Below are positions 53,134 through 64,000 of a stretch of 64,000 bases of DNA, piece by piece (positions within the stretch are counted from its first letter, which is position 1; each line of letters starts with the position of its first letter). Source of the DNA: Octopus vulgaris (Eukaryota); the NCBI GenBank assembly GCA_951406725.2, contig OX597832.1, positions 41,788,001-41,852,000 of the forward strand. The letters are read 5' to 3'. The notes beneath the pieces were generated by a model. That model did not search any database. It worked only from the letters and a program-made list of their open reading frames with translations, and had not been told where the DNA came from. The translations under genes were made by a program, and so were the position numbers.

Positions 53134-53172
53134 GATTGTCACAGACAAAACCGTCAACACAACGGATCCCAT
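53134..53172 (-). CDS. TMEM35: TMEM35/NACHO-family gene, start of exon 1 (MGSVVLTVLSVTI); remainder of exon 1 not found
   Basis: Minus strand CGCCAAG-ATG-GGA-TCC-GTT-GTG-TTG-ACG-GTT-TTG-TCT-GTG-ACA-ATC. It resembles the invertebrate NACHO N-terminus as I recall it (MGSVVL.xLSV.LG), is upstream of and on the same strand as exons 2-3, and has promoter motifs just upstream. The frame then reads SFSF* (stop 53119-53121). Confidence 0.7.
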
Positions 53173-53255
53173 CTTGGCGAGGAAAGATGAATTAGGATGA
53201 CTTCCGGTAAATGCACACCGGGCTGCAATAAATACTCGCATCTGATTGGTCGAAA
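53173..53255 (-). promoter_or_regulatory. Putative proximal promoter of the TMEM35-like gene
   Basis: ETS-type CCGGAAGT (53200-53207) and CCAAT box ACCAATCAG (~53242-53250) on the minus strand, about 30 and 75 nt upstream of the ATG, in CpG-retaining unique sequence. Confidence 0.55.
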
Positions 53256-53555
53256 AACATGAATATTTTTATTTGTTTTCACTTTATTTTTTCAGCTTCT
53301 GTTATTTATTTTTGGTTTTTGTTATTGTTGTTATTATTATTGTTGTGTTGTGTTGTTTCTTTCTTTCTTTCTTTCTTTCTTTCTTTGCCATCTGTAAATC
53401 TTCTAAATTGTCCATAATTGTGTGTAAGTGTGCTTGTGTTCGGTTTAGAATAATGGTGTTCTCTTGTGGGTGTAGCTGTCTCACTAACCACGCAACAGTC
53501 TATCCATTTATATAACGATAAAGATTTGTCTCTGGAATCAGATGTAGCCACTTTC

Positions 53556-53602
53556 ATCTATCTATCTATCTGTCTGCATATATGTATCTATCTATCTATC
53601 TC

Positions 53603-53646
<44 letters not shown>

Positions 53647-53836
53647 CCCATCCATCTATCCATCCATCCATCCATCTATCTATCTATCTACCCGTTTATG
53701 TCTGTCTCTCCATCTATCTAGCTATCCGTTTGTTTGTCTGTCTTTCTATCTATCTGTCTGTCAATCTATCTATCCGTTTGTTTGTCTGTCTCTGTCATTC
53801 TCTCTCTCCCTCTCTATCTATCTATCCATCCATCCG

Positions 53837-53921
<85 letters not shown>

Positions 53922-54098
53922 GTATCTATCTATCTATCTATCTACCCATCCATCTATCTATCTACCTATCTATCCGTCTATGTCTGTCTATCTATCTGTC
54001 TGTCAATCTATCTATCCGTTTGTCTGTCATTCTCTCTCTCCCTCTCTATCTATCTATTTATCCGTCTGTTTGTCTCTCACTCTCTCTATCTCTATCTG

Positions 54099-54135
<37 letters not shown>

Positions 54136-54141
54136 TTATCC

Positions 54142-54203
<62 letters not shown>

Positions 54204-54330
54204 TACATTCTATCTATTTGTCTGTCTATCCGTCTGTCTGTCTGTCTGCCTATCTATCTGTCTGTTTATGTCTGTGTGTGTGTATCTGTCTGCCTAACTC
54301 TGACTGACGGTGTGTGTGTATGTATGTATA
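53556..54330. repeat. (TCTA)n/(TCTG)n/(CT)n compound microsatellite
   Basis: Direct reading; source of the YLSI ORFs. Confidence 0.95.
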
Positions 54331-54637
54331 AAAAGTCACATTCGATCACAGCACCAGTAACAGTTAAACTTCGTGCAATGGCCATACTCGATAACGAGGG
54401 GGCAGCCATAATATATATATATATATATATATATCCCTACACATTTTTCTTTCTCCGTTTTTTTTGGGGGGGTGTCATTCTCTCTTAATTATTTCCTCTC
54501 ACTCCTTTCTGTCGAAGAGCATAGACTCGAAACATCAAAGACTTTTCCATTCTTCCCGAGCGTCAAACTAATACACTTACATGTTGTTCCCTCACCTGTC
54601 TTCATATTTTGTTTTCTTTAAATTTGAACTATATGGA

Positions 54638-56277
54638 CAGGGTGCGGACGGTATTTGAGGACATATGCATTTTTAGTCTTTTTTTGACTAATTCTTTTAT
54701 TGAACTTCTATTTCAGAAAATAATAATGACAGGCCCTATGCTTACTAATGAAATGCAAAGGCATGCTGTGATCGTGGCTTTGAAGGCTTAGCATGGTGAT
54801 TTAGAAAGTTCTCGTTCTCTGAAAGATCTTTTGTCCACAAGATTCGGTGTAAGTTAGAGAAAGAACACAGAAACGAATTACCTGTATCAAAACGAAAAAA
54901 ACTTTCCAAGCGCTCTGGTTATCAGGACACCTGAATTTATTCAGGAAGTTAAGTAATTCAGGTGTCCTGATAATCAGAGCATTGTCTTCAATTCACGAAG
55001 ATAATCCAGGAAAATCAATGAAATCAATTATAAATAAGAATTGTGTCAGAATAAACAATCAGACATGTTGTGCATGAAGACATCAGATACAAATCTTACA
55101 TGATGAGGAGAGGGCAATTCATCATCATCATCGTTTAACGTCCGTTCTCCACGCTAGCATGGGTTGGACAGTTCGAGCGGGGATCTGGGAAGCCAGAAGG
55201 CTGCACCAGGCTCCAGTCTGATCTAGTAGTGTTTCTACAGCTGGATGCCCTTCCTAACGCCAACCACTCCGAGAGTATAGTGGGTGCTTTTTACGTGCCA
55301 CCGGCACAGGTGCCAGGCGAGGCTGGCAACGGCCACGATCGGATTGGTGCTTTTTACGTGCCACCGGCACGGGGGCCAAGCGAGGCTGGCAATGGCCACG
55401 ATCGGATTGGTGCTTTTTACGTGCCACTGGCACGGGAGCCAGTCAAGGCGGCGCTGGCATCGGCCACGTTCGTGTCAGAAAAAAAAAAGAAAAAAGAAAA
55501 CCATTTAATCAGATCCAAAAGACTCTTGAACAAACTTAAAGATCCATCAGAAGATGGTGTGATTTGGTTTTTCTCAGATGAGAAAAACTTTGACCAGGAT
55601 CAGAAAACTAACAGAAGAAATGACAGATGGCTATGTGCAGACCTTTCTGAGGTTCCAAGAGTAATGCACACAAAATTTCCTGCAAGTGTCATAGTTTTAG
55701 GTATTGTTAGCAATGAAGGATATGTGATGCCACTTCACTTTTTTTCACAAGGCCTTAGGATGAATGCTGCTGCGTGTATTGGGGTTCTGGATAAAGTTGT
55801 TAAGCCTGGGATCAACAGTGTATGCAATGGAAGGCCTTAAGTCTTTCAACAAGATTCTGCACCATCACACAAGGTTCAAATGACACACGAATGGATAGCC
55901 GACAATTTGCATGGTCACATCACCCCCAACATTTGGCCTCCTAATTCTCCAGATCTCAATGCACTGGACTTCTAAGATATATAGTACCGTTGGGAAAAAT
56001 GTCAATGAACACCCCCATAGCACCAAAGATTATTTGAAAGCCGCCATAGTTCGAGTCATGTCCGATATGAACAAGGACTACTTAATCCGAGCTTGTAAGC
56101 CATTACGACCCCGCGTAGAGGCAGTTATAGATGCTTATGATGGGTTTATTGAATGAAATTATTAAATTGATAATTTAGCTTTATGTTAGTTTTATAAAAA
56201 TACAGTTTTTTTCTGTAATTATATAAGCGTTATTTTTTAAACAATAAATCTGATCTCAAATACCCTCTCGTACCCTG
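54638..56277 (+). mobile_element. Tc1/mariner DD37D (maT-family) transposon, decayed, interrupted by a family C element (55118-55468)
   Basis: TIRs CAGGGT(G/A)CG...GGTATTTGAG; TA at the right end. Transposase WFFSDEKNF...RNDRWL...VFQQD-SAPSH...WPPNSPDLNAL-D with 37 residues between the 2nd and 3rd Asp; stops and frameshifts present. Confidence 0.9.
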
Positions 56278-56454
56278 TATGTATGTATGTATGTATGTAT
56301 GTATGTGTGTGGGTGTGTATGAATGTGTGTATCTATGTATGCATGCATATGTGTGTATGTGTGTGTGTGTATGTATGTGTATGTATGTGTGTGTGTATGT
56401 ACGTATGTTTGTATGTATGTATAGATGGATGGATAGATAGATAGATAGATAGAT

Positions 56455-56511
<57 letters not shown>

Positions 56512-56523
56512 CATGGATGGATG

Positions 56524-56575
<52 letters not shown>

Positions 56576-56593
56576 CTAGACAGACAGATAGAC

Positions 56594-56641
<48 letters not shown>

Positions 56642-56645
56642 GTGT
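56278..56645. repeat. (TATG)n/(GATA)n/(GACA)n microsatellite
   Basis: Direct reading. Confidence 0.95.
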
Positions 56646-57849
56646 ATATGCCTATCTTTCGCCTAACTAACATGCATAGATGTATAGGCTGGAGTGAATA
56701 CAATAACGTTCTTACATATGCACGCATATGCATTGAAATAGAATAGAATGAGATAAAGCTACAAGAATAATAATAATAATAATAAAATGAAAGTAGAACA
56801 ACCAATCATATTAAATAGAGACAGCTAGGCTGTCAGATAAACATAGAACGGTGTCGGTAGATATAGAGAGGCTGATATGCCAGCAGACATTTCTATGTAC
56901 AATAAGACAATTTGAATTTGTTCTTTATTTTGTATAATTTGTGTGAGGTGTGGTGTATGGGGGGGGGGGATTACGACTTGGTACGAATTCTTCCAAGTAA
57001 TCAAAAAACGTGAATAAATAAATAAATTTCTGACGGAAAAAAATTCGTTGATTGGTTGTAACACGTGAGGTAGAATGACCTCAATTCGGGCAGGTCAACT
57101 TCAAATGATACAAAACAAAGATCTGCTTCTTTCTCTCCCTTTTTACTGTCTAGCCTAGCTTCCCTTTTTTTGATTTGAATCAGCAGAAAACTTATTGATT
57201 TCAAAAGCTTTCTTTCTTTCTTCTTTTCTTTTCTTCCGTTCTTTTTTTCTACTCTTTCTCTCTCTCTCTCTCTCTCTCGATTTCTCATTCCTGCTATTTA
57301 ACTCTCTCCCTTTTTGATTTGAATCTGCGGAAAACTTCCATTTATTGATTTCAAAGGCTCGCTTTCTTCTCTTCTTTCTTCGTCCCTCTCTTTCTCTATC
57401 TCTCTCTTTCTTGCTTTATTACTCCTGCTATTTATCTCTTACTCTTTCTTTCGTCTCTTTGACGCTCTCTCTTTCTTTTATTCTCTCTCTCTCTCATAGA
57501 TCTAAACCCTTTAAATGGTTTACATAACATGCACACATCTGTGTAATTGAATTATGCATATTATCCCTTACATCGAGGTCGACTTTGCCTTTCATTCCTT
57601 TCGGGGCTGATGAAAATAAATACCAGTCAAGCACTGAGATCGATGTAATCGATGAGTCCCTGCCAACAAAATTTCAGTCCTTGTGCTTCTAGTAGAAGGA
57701 ATTCTGAATTCTTTATGTGTCAGTGAACAGGTCGCGATCTCAAAGCGACGAAAATATTTTGACAAATTAAATTTAAATGTTGAAGTGAATCTAACGGTTT
57801 TTGTGTGTTTCTTAAATGGCTTACAAACACCTTCCACTCTGCAATTAAA

Positions 57850-59480
57850 AATAATAATGTACTTATTGTATACAGTGCTCAGGTTATTACAACACATCAG
57901 GAAAAGTAACCAAAAGTGCATGGACAGTACGTGGAATAATGCACAGGAAGTGAGTCGTTTAAGAAAGAAAGGCATGAAGTGCACGGTTGGTAAATTTCAG
58001 GAAGCATGGAAATTTTAAAGGATGTAGCATCCTGACTGTTAGTGGCTGATGCGAGTTGTTTATTCCACGCTTCAGCAATTCTGGGCGTGAAACATGTTTC
58101 CGAGTTTTCATGGATGCTGTGTAGTTTATTGATTTTGTAAGCATGTCCACGCGTGTTAGACGTACACAATGCAAAAAGGTGTCAAGGTTGTTGTTGGAAA
58201 GATGGTCAATAATCTTGTGGGTGTCTAACAAGTCAGTTGCCAGACGTCGTAGATTTAATGTGTCCGTGCCTAGAGAAGCAAAACGTTCAGAGTATAGTTG
58301 ATGCCTGATGGCGGGTACTCGTCTGGTTACACGTTTCTGAACAGTTTCCAGGGGATTGATTTGCTGAGCAAGACAGGGGTTCCAGACTGGTGATGCCAAC
58401 TCTAAATCTGAATGTACCATAGGTATATACAGCTTTAAATAGATAGCTGGAGAGCAGCTGACAAAGGACTTACTGAGTGATGCTAAGACACCCTCAGCCC
58501 TCTTAACAATTTTGGAGATGTGGTTTGTCTAACGCAAATCGCCGCTTACAATAATGCCCAAGTCACTTCACTAGCAGACTTCCAAAGATTGATGTTGTTG
58601 ATTGAGTATATAAAAGCTGGGGTTTTCCGACCCAAATGCATGGTGTGCTTGTCTACAACCAGCTTGAGTTTCCAGTCGACAATCCACTGCTGCATGGTGT
58701 CCAGATCTGATTGCAGGAAAGATCTATAGCATATAGGATCTGTTCTTTTTATCTTAAGGTACGGACAGCCAGGTGTCATCTGCGTATTTCAACACTGTAA
58801 CATTCATTCTTCAAGTTGGCATCTATGTCATTAATATATGCAACAAACAACAGGGACCCAAGAACGGATCCATATGGTACACCTGATGTCATTTCATAGG
58901 GTGAAGAATGCTGTCCTAGAACTGGGACTACCTCTTTCCGACCGAGAATGAAGGACTTAAACCAGTTATAAAGATCATTTTGTAAAACTCAGCTCAGCAA
59001 GAGTTCCAGTCTGCTTTGTACCAGTCAAAGAGAGTATTTTGGAGGTGATGGTGGTTCTTGTTTCTGCCCATAAGAGACAGATTGGCAATGATCATAGCAT
59101 GATCAGAGTTGCCCAAAGGTCTTTTGGCAGTGACACTGATAACCGCTTCAGAGGTAATGGTAAAGAGCAGATCCAAAATATTGATACCTTTTGTGGGGGA
59201 TGAGACAACTTGGGACCAGATCAAATCCAGCACTAAATCTCAGAAATCATTTACACTTTGAAGTCGACGAAATGTTTCCCGGTCAATCTCAGGGTAATTG
59301 AAGCCACCAGCAATGAAAACATAAGTGGTTATTTTCCTAGATGCAGCTGTGTGGATGCCAAAAAGCTGTTGGAATTTGAGGGGTACGATAAGCAATTCAG
59401 AGGAAAGTAACACGTCGCTCTCAAACCGGAAAGCTGGCCTGAGTGCCTGCAACAGATCAGCTGCAGGTATTAAACTTGAC
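57850..59480 (-). mobile_element. CR1-like LINE pseudogene with endonuclease remnant, internal deletion and RT C-terminal half
   Basis: EN motifs PTKGINILDLLF...LGNSDH...YKADW; RT motifs TSGVPYGSVLGP, YINDI, KYADD; thumb ELASPVWNP...LETVQKRVTR; C-terminus TRGHAYK...AWNKQL. Multiple frameshifts. Confidence 0.88.
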
Positions 59481-59623
59481 AACGAATTAATTCTACCACT
59501 TGAGTATGTTTAAGTTTGTGCGAGGGAGTGTGCGTAACACACACACACACAAGTATGTGTGTGTATGAGAGCACACATCTGTAGCAGCGGCTTCAAAAGT
59601 CTCAACAGTTTTCAGAGTTTTTT

Positions 59624-59624
<1 letters not shown>

Positions 59625-59720
<96 letters not shown>
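59625..59720. repeat. (TA)n microsatellite
   Basis: Direct reading. Confidence 0.95.
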
Positions 59721-60057
59721 GATCATGCAGGCATGGCGTGGATTCGATCCTCAATCGCCAAATTTCACTTAACATGTTAGTAGAGACTATACAATGAGAC
59801 TACTCAACATTGTCTCCATCGCAAGCAATACGCCTGCCCCATCATTGAAACCAACTCTTGAGGCCTGTTTGAAAATATATAAGTAGTACTCATGGATCTT
59901 GTTAAATTTCCTCTAACCACTTCAAGTATTTCAAAATTTCCCCAATTTTTTTTTTGTTTTTAAATTTTCTACATCAGCATGCAAAACAACATTTTTAAAA
60001 AAAATAATCCGGTGAAATTTTAATATTATTAGAAGAAATTTAACAAGAATTGTACAC

Positions 60058-60205
60058 ACTTCTTCACAACCAATTTCATCTCGTCTGTGTCAACAAATGT
60101 TTCGCTTCGAAGATTGTCCTTCATTAGACCGACCAAGTGAAAGTTGGAAGACACCAGATCTGGGCTACGCGATGCATTGAGGACCCCTGATCATCCCAAT
60201 TAGCA
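60058..60205 (-). pseudogene. Mariner transposase C-terminal remnant
   Basis: Minus translation SPDLVSSNFHLVGLMKDNLRSETFVDTDEMKLVVKK resembles the mariner SPDLAPSDFHLF..LK..LRG..F...DE motif. Confidence 0.7.
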
Positions 60206-60447
60206 ATTTGCTGGTAACCCGATTTGCTATAAAAGGTGTGTGTGTAGCATCTTTAAAATGGATAATGTTGTCCTAGGTACACTATATCTGGAAAAAAAAA
60301 TTAATAAAAATAAAAACAGGATTACTAGAGAAACGATTTGGGATCATAGGTCTGTTGCATCCTGGCTGACCTACAGCTGGGTGAGTGATAAGATAATTAG
60401 AAAAATGGATACATTTGAGGTCAGCATAACCCGAGTATAACTACTCA

Positions 60448-60861
60448 GCGGCGAACTGGCTGAACTGTTAGGACGCCGGGCGAAATGCATAAACATATTT
60501 CGTCTGCCGTTACGTTCTGGGTTCAAATTCCGCCGAGGTCGACTTTGCCTTTCACCCTTTCGGGGTCGATAAATTAAGTACCAGTTACGCACTGGGGTCG
60601 ATGTAATCGACTTAATCCGTTTGTCTGTCCTTGTTTGTCCCCTTTGTGTTTAGCCCCTAGTGGGTAGTAAAGAAATAGGTATTTCGTCTGCTTCTACGTT
60701 CTGAGTTCAAATTCCGCCGAGGTCGACTTTGCCTTTCACCCTTTCGAGGTCGATAAATTAAGTACCAGTTACGCACTGGGGTCGATATAATCGACTTAAT
60801 CCGTTTCTCTGTCCTTGTTTGTCCCCTCTGTGTTTAGCCCCTTGTGGGCAGTAAAGAAATA
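60448..60861 (+). mobile_element. SINE family A dimer
   Basis: Head plus a second unit joined by aaagaaata|ggtatttcgtctg at ~60678. Confidence 0.88.
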
Positions 60862-61339
60862 TATATATAAATACGTTACCTTAAAAACTCGTTCGTTGAA
60901 ACGTGTTCTATCGTCATAATTAGATGAAGAAAAATTTCATGAAAGAAACACTTCTAAAGACTTAAATGGGAATCATATGCCATCAGGGTAAGACGGAATC
61001 ATTTAACATGCAATTTCCACGTTCAATGTAACAGAGACTTTGGAGAAAGACCAGTCGGTTAGTAAGAGTAGCCTCCCTTAGTATATGCAAATTTACAGAT
61101 TGACTTGGAACGTAAGTCACTGAAGTTATCATAACATATAACTGGTATTTATCGAACAAAGATGAACGATAAAGACATTCCTATGGCTTTACCCTCACTG
61201 TGTTTTTTCTTTTTCCAGGATAAGAGGATATGTGGTTGGGTGGGAAATTGCAGATGACAAAAAAAGAAGGAAATATTTTTGGAGCACACACACATTCGCA
61301 CGCACTCATACATCGCCATATATATATATACATCTATAA

Positions 61340-61515
61340 ATGTGTGTGTGCGTGTGTGTGTAGGAAGAAGCTTGCTTTCCAACTACATCATTCCAGGTTC
61401 AGTCCCACTGCGTTGTACCTAGGGCACGTGTGTTCTACTATAGCCTCAGGCTGACCAAAGCCTTGTGAGTGAATTGGTACACAGAAACTGAAAGAAGCTT
61501 GTCATATATAATATA

Positions 61516-61578
<63 letters not shown>

Positions 61579-61790
61579 GGGGTAGGGGTCTGTGTCTGTG
61601 TTTGTTCCCCACCACCACCTGGCAACTAACACTGATGTGTTTACATCCCTCTAACTTAGCAGTTCAGCAAAAGAGACCAATAGAATAAGTGTCAGGCTTA
61701 GCAAAAGCAATTAAATTCTGGAATCGATTCATTTAACTAAAAATTCTTCAAGGCAGTGCCCCAGCATGACTGAAACAAGTAAAAGATAAA
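61340..61790 (+). mobile_element. SINE family B
   Basis: Consensus match with internal (TA)n. Confidence 0.75.
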
Positions 61791-62353
61791 AGATTAAAGA
61801 CTGAAACAAGTAAAAGATAAAAGATTAAAGACTGAAACAAGCAAAATATAAAAGATTAAAGACTGAAACAAGCAAAAGATAAAAGAATAAAGACTGAAAC
61901 AAGTAAAAGATAAAAGATTAAAGACTGAAACAAGTAAAAGATAAAAGATTAAAGACTGAAACAAGTAAAAGATAAAAGATTAAAGACTGAAACAAGCAAA
62001 ATATAAAAGATTAAAGACTGAAACAAGCAAAAGATAAAAGAATAAAGACTGAAACAAGTAAAAGATAAAAGATTAAAGACTGAAACAAGTAAAAGATAAA
62101 AGATTAAAGACTGAAACAAGCAAAATATAAAAGATTAAAGACTGAAACAAGCAAAAGATAAAAGAATAAAGACTGAAACAAGTGAAAGATAAAATATTAA
62201 AGACTGAAGCAAGTGAAAGATAAAAGATTAAAGACTGAAGCAAGTAAAAGATAAAAGATTAAAGACTGAAGCAAGTAAAAGATAAAAGATTAAAGACTGA
62301 AGCAAGTGAAAGATAAAAGATTAAAGACTGAAGCAAGTAAAAGATAAAAGATT
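61768..62353 (+). repeat. 31-bp tandem repeat (~19 copies) expanded from the family B SINE tail
   Basis: Unit gactgaaacaagtaaaagataaaagattaaa. Confidence 0.92.
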
Positions 62354-62494
62354 GAATATATGTGCATGTGTGTAAGATGATCTTCATTCAGTTTCCATCA
62401 ACAAAATCCATTCACAAGGTTTTGGTTGGCCCAGGGATATTGTAGAACTTAACCCAAAGTGCTACACAGTGGGACAGAACTTGAAACCAGGTAA

Positions 62495-62905
62495 CGATCT
62501 GGTAACGATCACACTCGAATGGTGCCTTTTATGTGCCACTGGCATGGAAGCTGGTTAGCCGCTCTGTCAACGATCACGCTCGTATGGTGCTCTTTGCACC
62601 CCGCTAGTACGGATGCCAGTCATCGAATGTGATTTTGATTTCACTTGCCGCAACAGGTCTTCGCAAGCAGAGTTTAGTGTCCAAAGAAGGAAAAGGTATG
62701 CATAAGCGGGCTGGTTATGCTCCTGGCACCGGCCACAGGTTATGGTCTCATTTGGCTTGCCAGGTCTTTGCAAGCACAGCATATTTCCAAAAGTTTTGGT
62801 CGCTAGTGCCGGTGGCACGTAAAAGGGCACCATTCGAGCATGATCATTACCAACGTCGCCTTACTAGAACCTGTGCTGGTGGCATGTGTAAAAAGATTCG
62901 AGAAC
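62495..62905. mobile_element. RTE 3'UTR fragments in opposing orientations
   Basis: Similar to 10610-10890 and 15420-15530; flanked by gaacttgaaaccaggta on both sides. Confidence 0.65.
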
Positions 62906-62967
62906 TTGAAACCAGGTATTCAGAATAAAATTCAGCACTGAATACATTCCGGTTAAATTTACAATTG

Positions 62968-63149
62968 AAAAATAGGATAAAATCTTTATAAGACTCTGTA
63001 AGAATCCCTCCTAGCGTGAGGCATTTATGTATAGTAATGCCCTTAATATAAATAAATATATATAAGAGGAATAATTGATGGATTTTTCCCTTATGAGGTT
63101 TTTCACGTTAACTACTTGATAAATTCTTATAAAGATTTTATCCTATTTT
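62968..63149. mobile_element. Small inverted-repeat element (MITE-like)
   Basis: aaaataggataaaatctttataaga / tcttataaagattttatcctatttt terminal inverted repeats. Confidence 0.6.
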
Positions 63150-64000
63150 AACACCTGTGTCACCCTCACAGGCCTGTTCATACTATCAAAATAAACCCTT
63201 TTTCATTATAACAGTAATAATAATGGTTTAAAATTTTAGCAAAAGGCCAGTCTATTTAGGGAGGGAGTTTAGTTGCATGAGTAAATACGTTATAATTTAA
63301 GTTCTGCATGTTTTCAAAATAGTGAAGGGTTGAAGTTAAGACTGAGTTTCATAAGTGAAGGCGTGGCTGTGAAATAAGAAGCTTGTTTCCCAACCAAATG
63401 CTTCCGGCTTAGTTCCACTATCTGACACCTTGGACAAGTGTCTTCTATTATAGCCTCAGGCCAACCTAAGCCTTGTGAGTAGATTTGGTAGATGGAAACT
63501 GAAAGAAGACTAATTATATATATATCATCATCATCATCATCATCATATATATAATTCCAAGAGAGTTAGAGGTTGTGAATTCAACCAAGGGATAGTATCT
63601 ATCCAATATACTGCTGGTAGGATACCCGATTATTAATACACAAGTGTTTTTTCATTGCATGGCAATTACATTACCGAGTGTAATAAATGGGTGAGGGTAA
63701 AAAGTTATTTTACCCTTTAATTTATATAGCAATAAGAAAATGGAGGGGATCAACTTTTAGACATTATACTATGTCTATATATTTATTTTTTTTAAAAAGA
63801 CAATTATAGCAATATACATACATGTATAACATATTATGTTTTACATATATAATATATAAAATATAAAATATAAAAATACCAGTAATTATTAAAATATATA
63901 ACATCTTAATCTTATCTACCAAAATGCTTCAGTTCACTGGTGGGATAAGAGTAGCATGGGGCGCTATGGCCCCTTGGCTGAAACAGCTGTAAGATTTTAT

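Noticed and set aside
53466-54488. 340-aa ORF
   Set aside because: Translation of a (TCTA)n microsatellite.
55229-55840. 203-aa ORF as a novel fusion protein
   Set aside because: Chance read-through from an inserted family C repeat into a pseudogenised maT transposase.
60085-60135. Hammerhead-like CTAATGA...GAAAC on the minus strand
   Set aside because: It lies within a mariner transposase remnant and has no supporting stems.

Overview
Repeat-dominated eukaryotic DNA, almost certainly from an octopus (coleoid cephalopod). This is inferred from the dense tRNA-derived SINEs, (GAT)n-tailed RTE 3' ends, CR1-like, Tx1-like and RTE LINE remnants, hAT/piggyBac/Mutator-type MITEs, a Helitron, a decayed DD37D (maT) Tc1/mariner and very long microsatellites. 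Most ORFs in the supplied track are microsatellite or repeat artefacts. One host gene is recognisable: a minus-strand TMEM35/NACHO-family nicotinic acetylcholine receptor chaperone. Its exons 2 (36780-36915) and 3 (34799-35031) splice in frame. Exon 1 (ATG at 53172, with ETS and CCAAT motifs upstream) matches the family for only 13 codons and then runs into a stop with no donor site. The most unusual structure is a TSD-flanked 13-unit concatemer of a tRNA-derived SINE (6034-8510). Its fixed tail-to-loop junction (GAAATA|GGTATTTC) recurs in independent dimers and appears to be used as priming microhomology by monomer insertions, which suggests a multimeric or circular RNA template.
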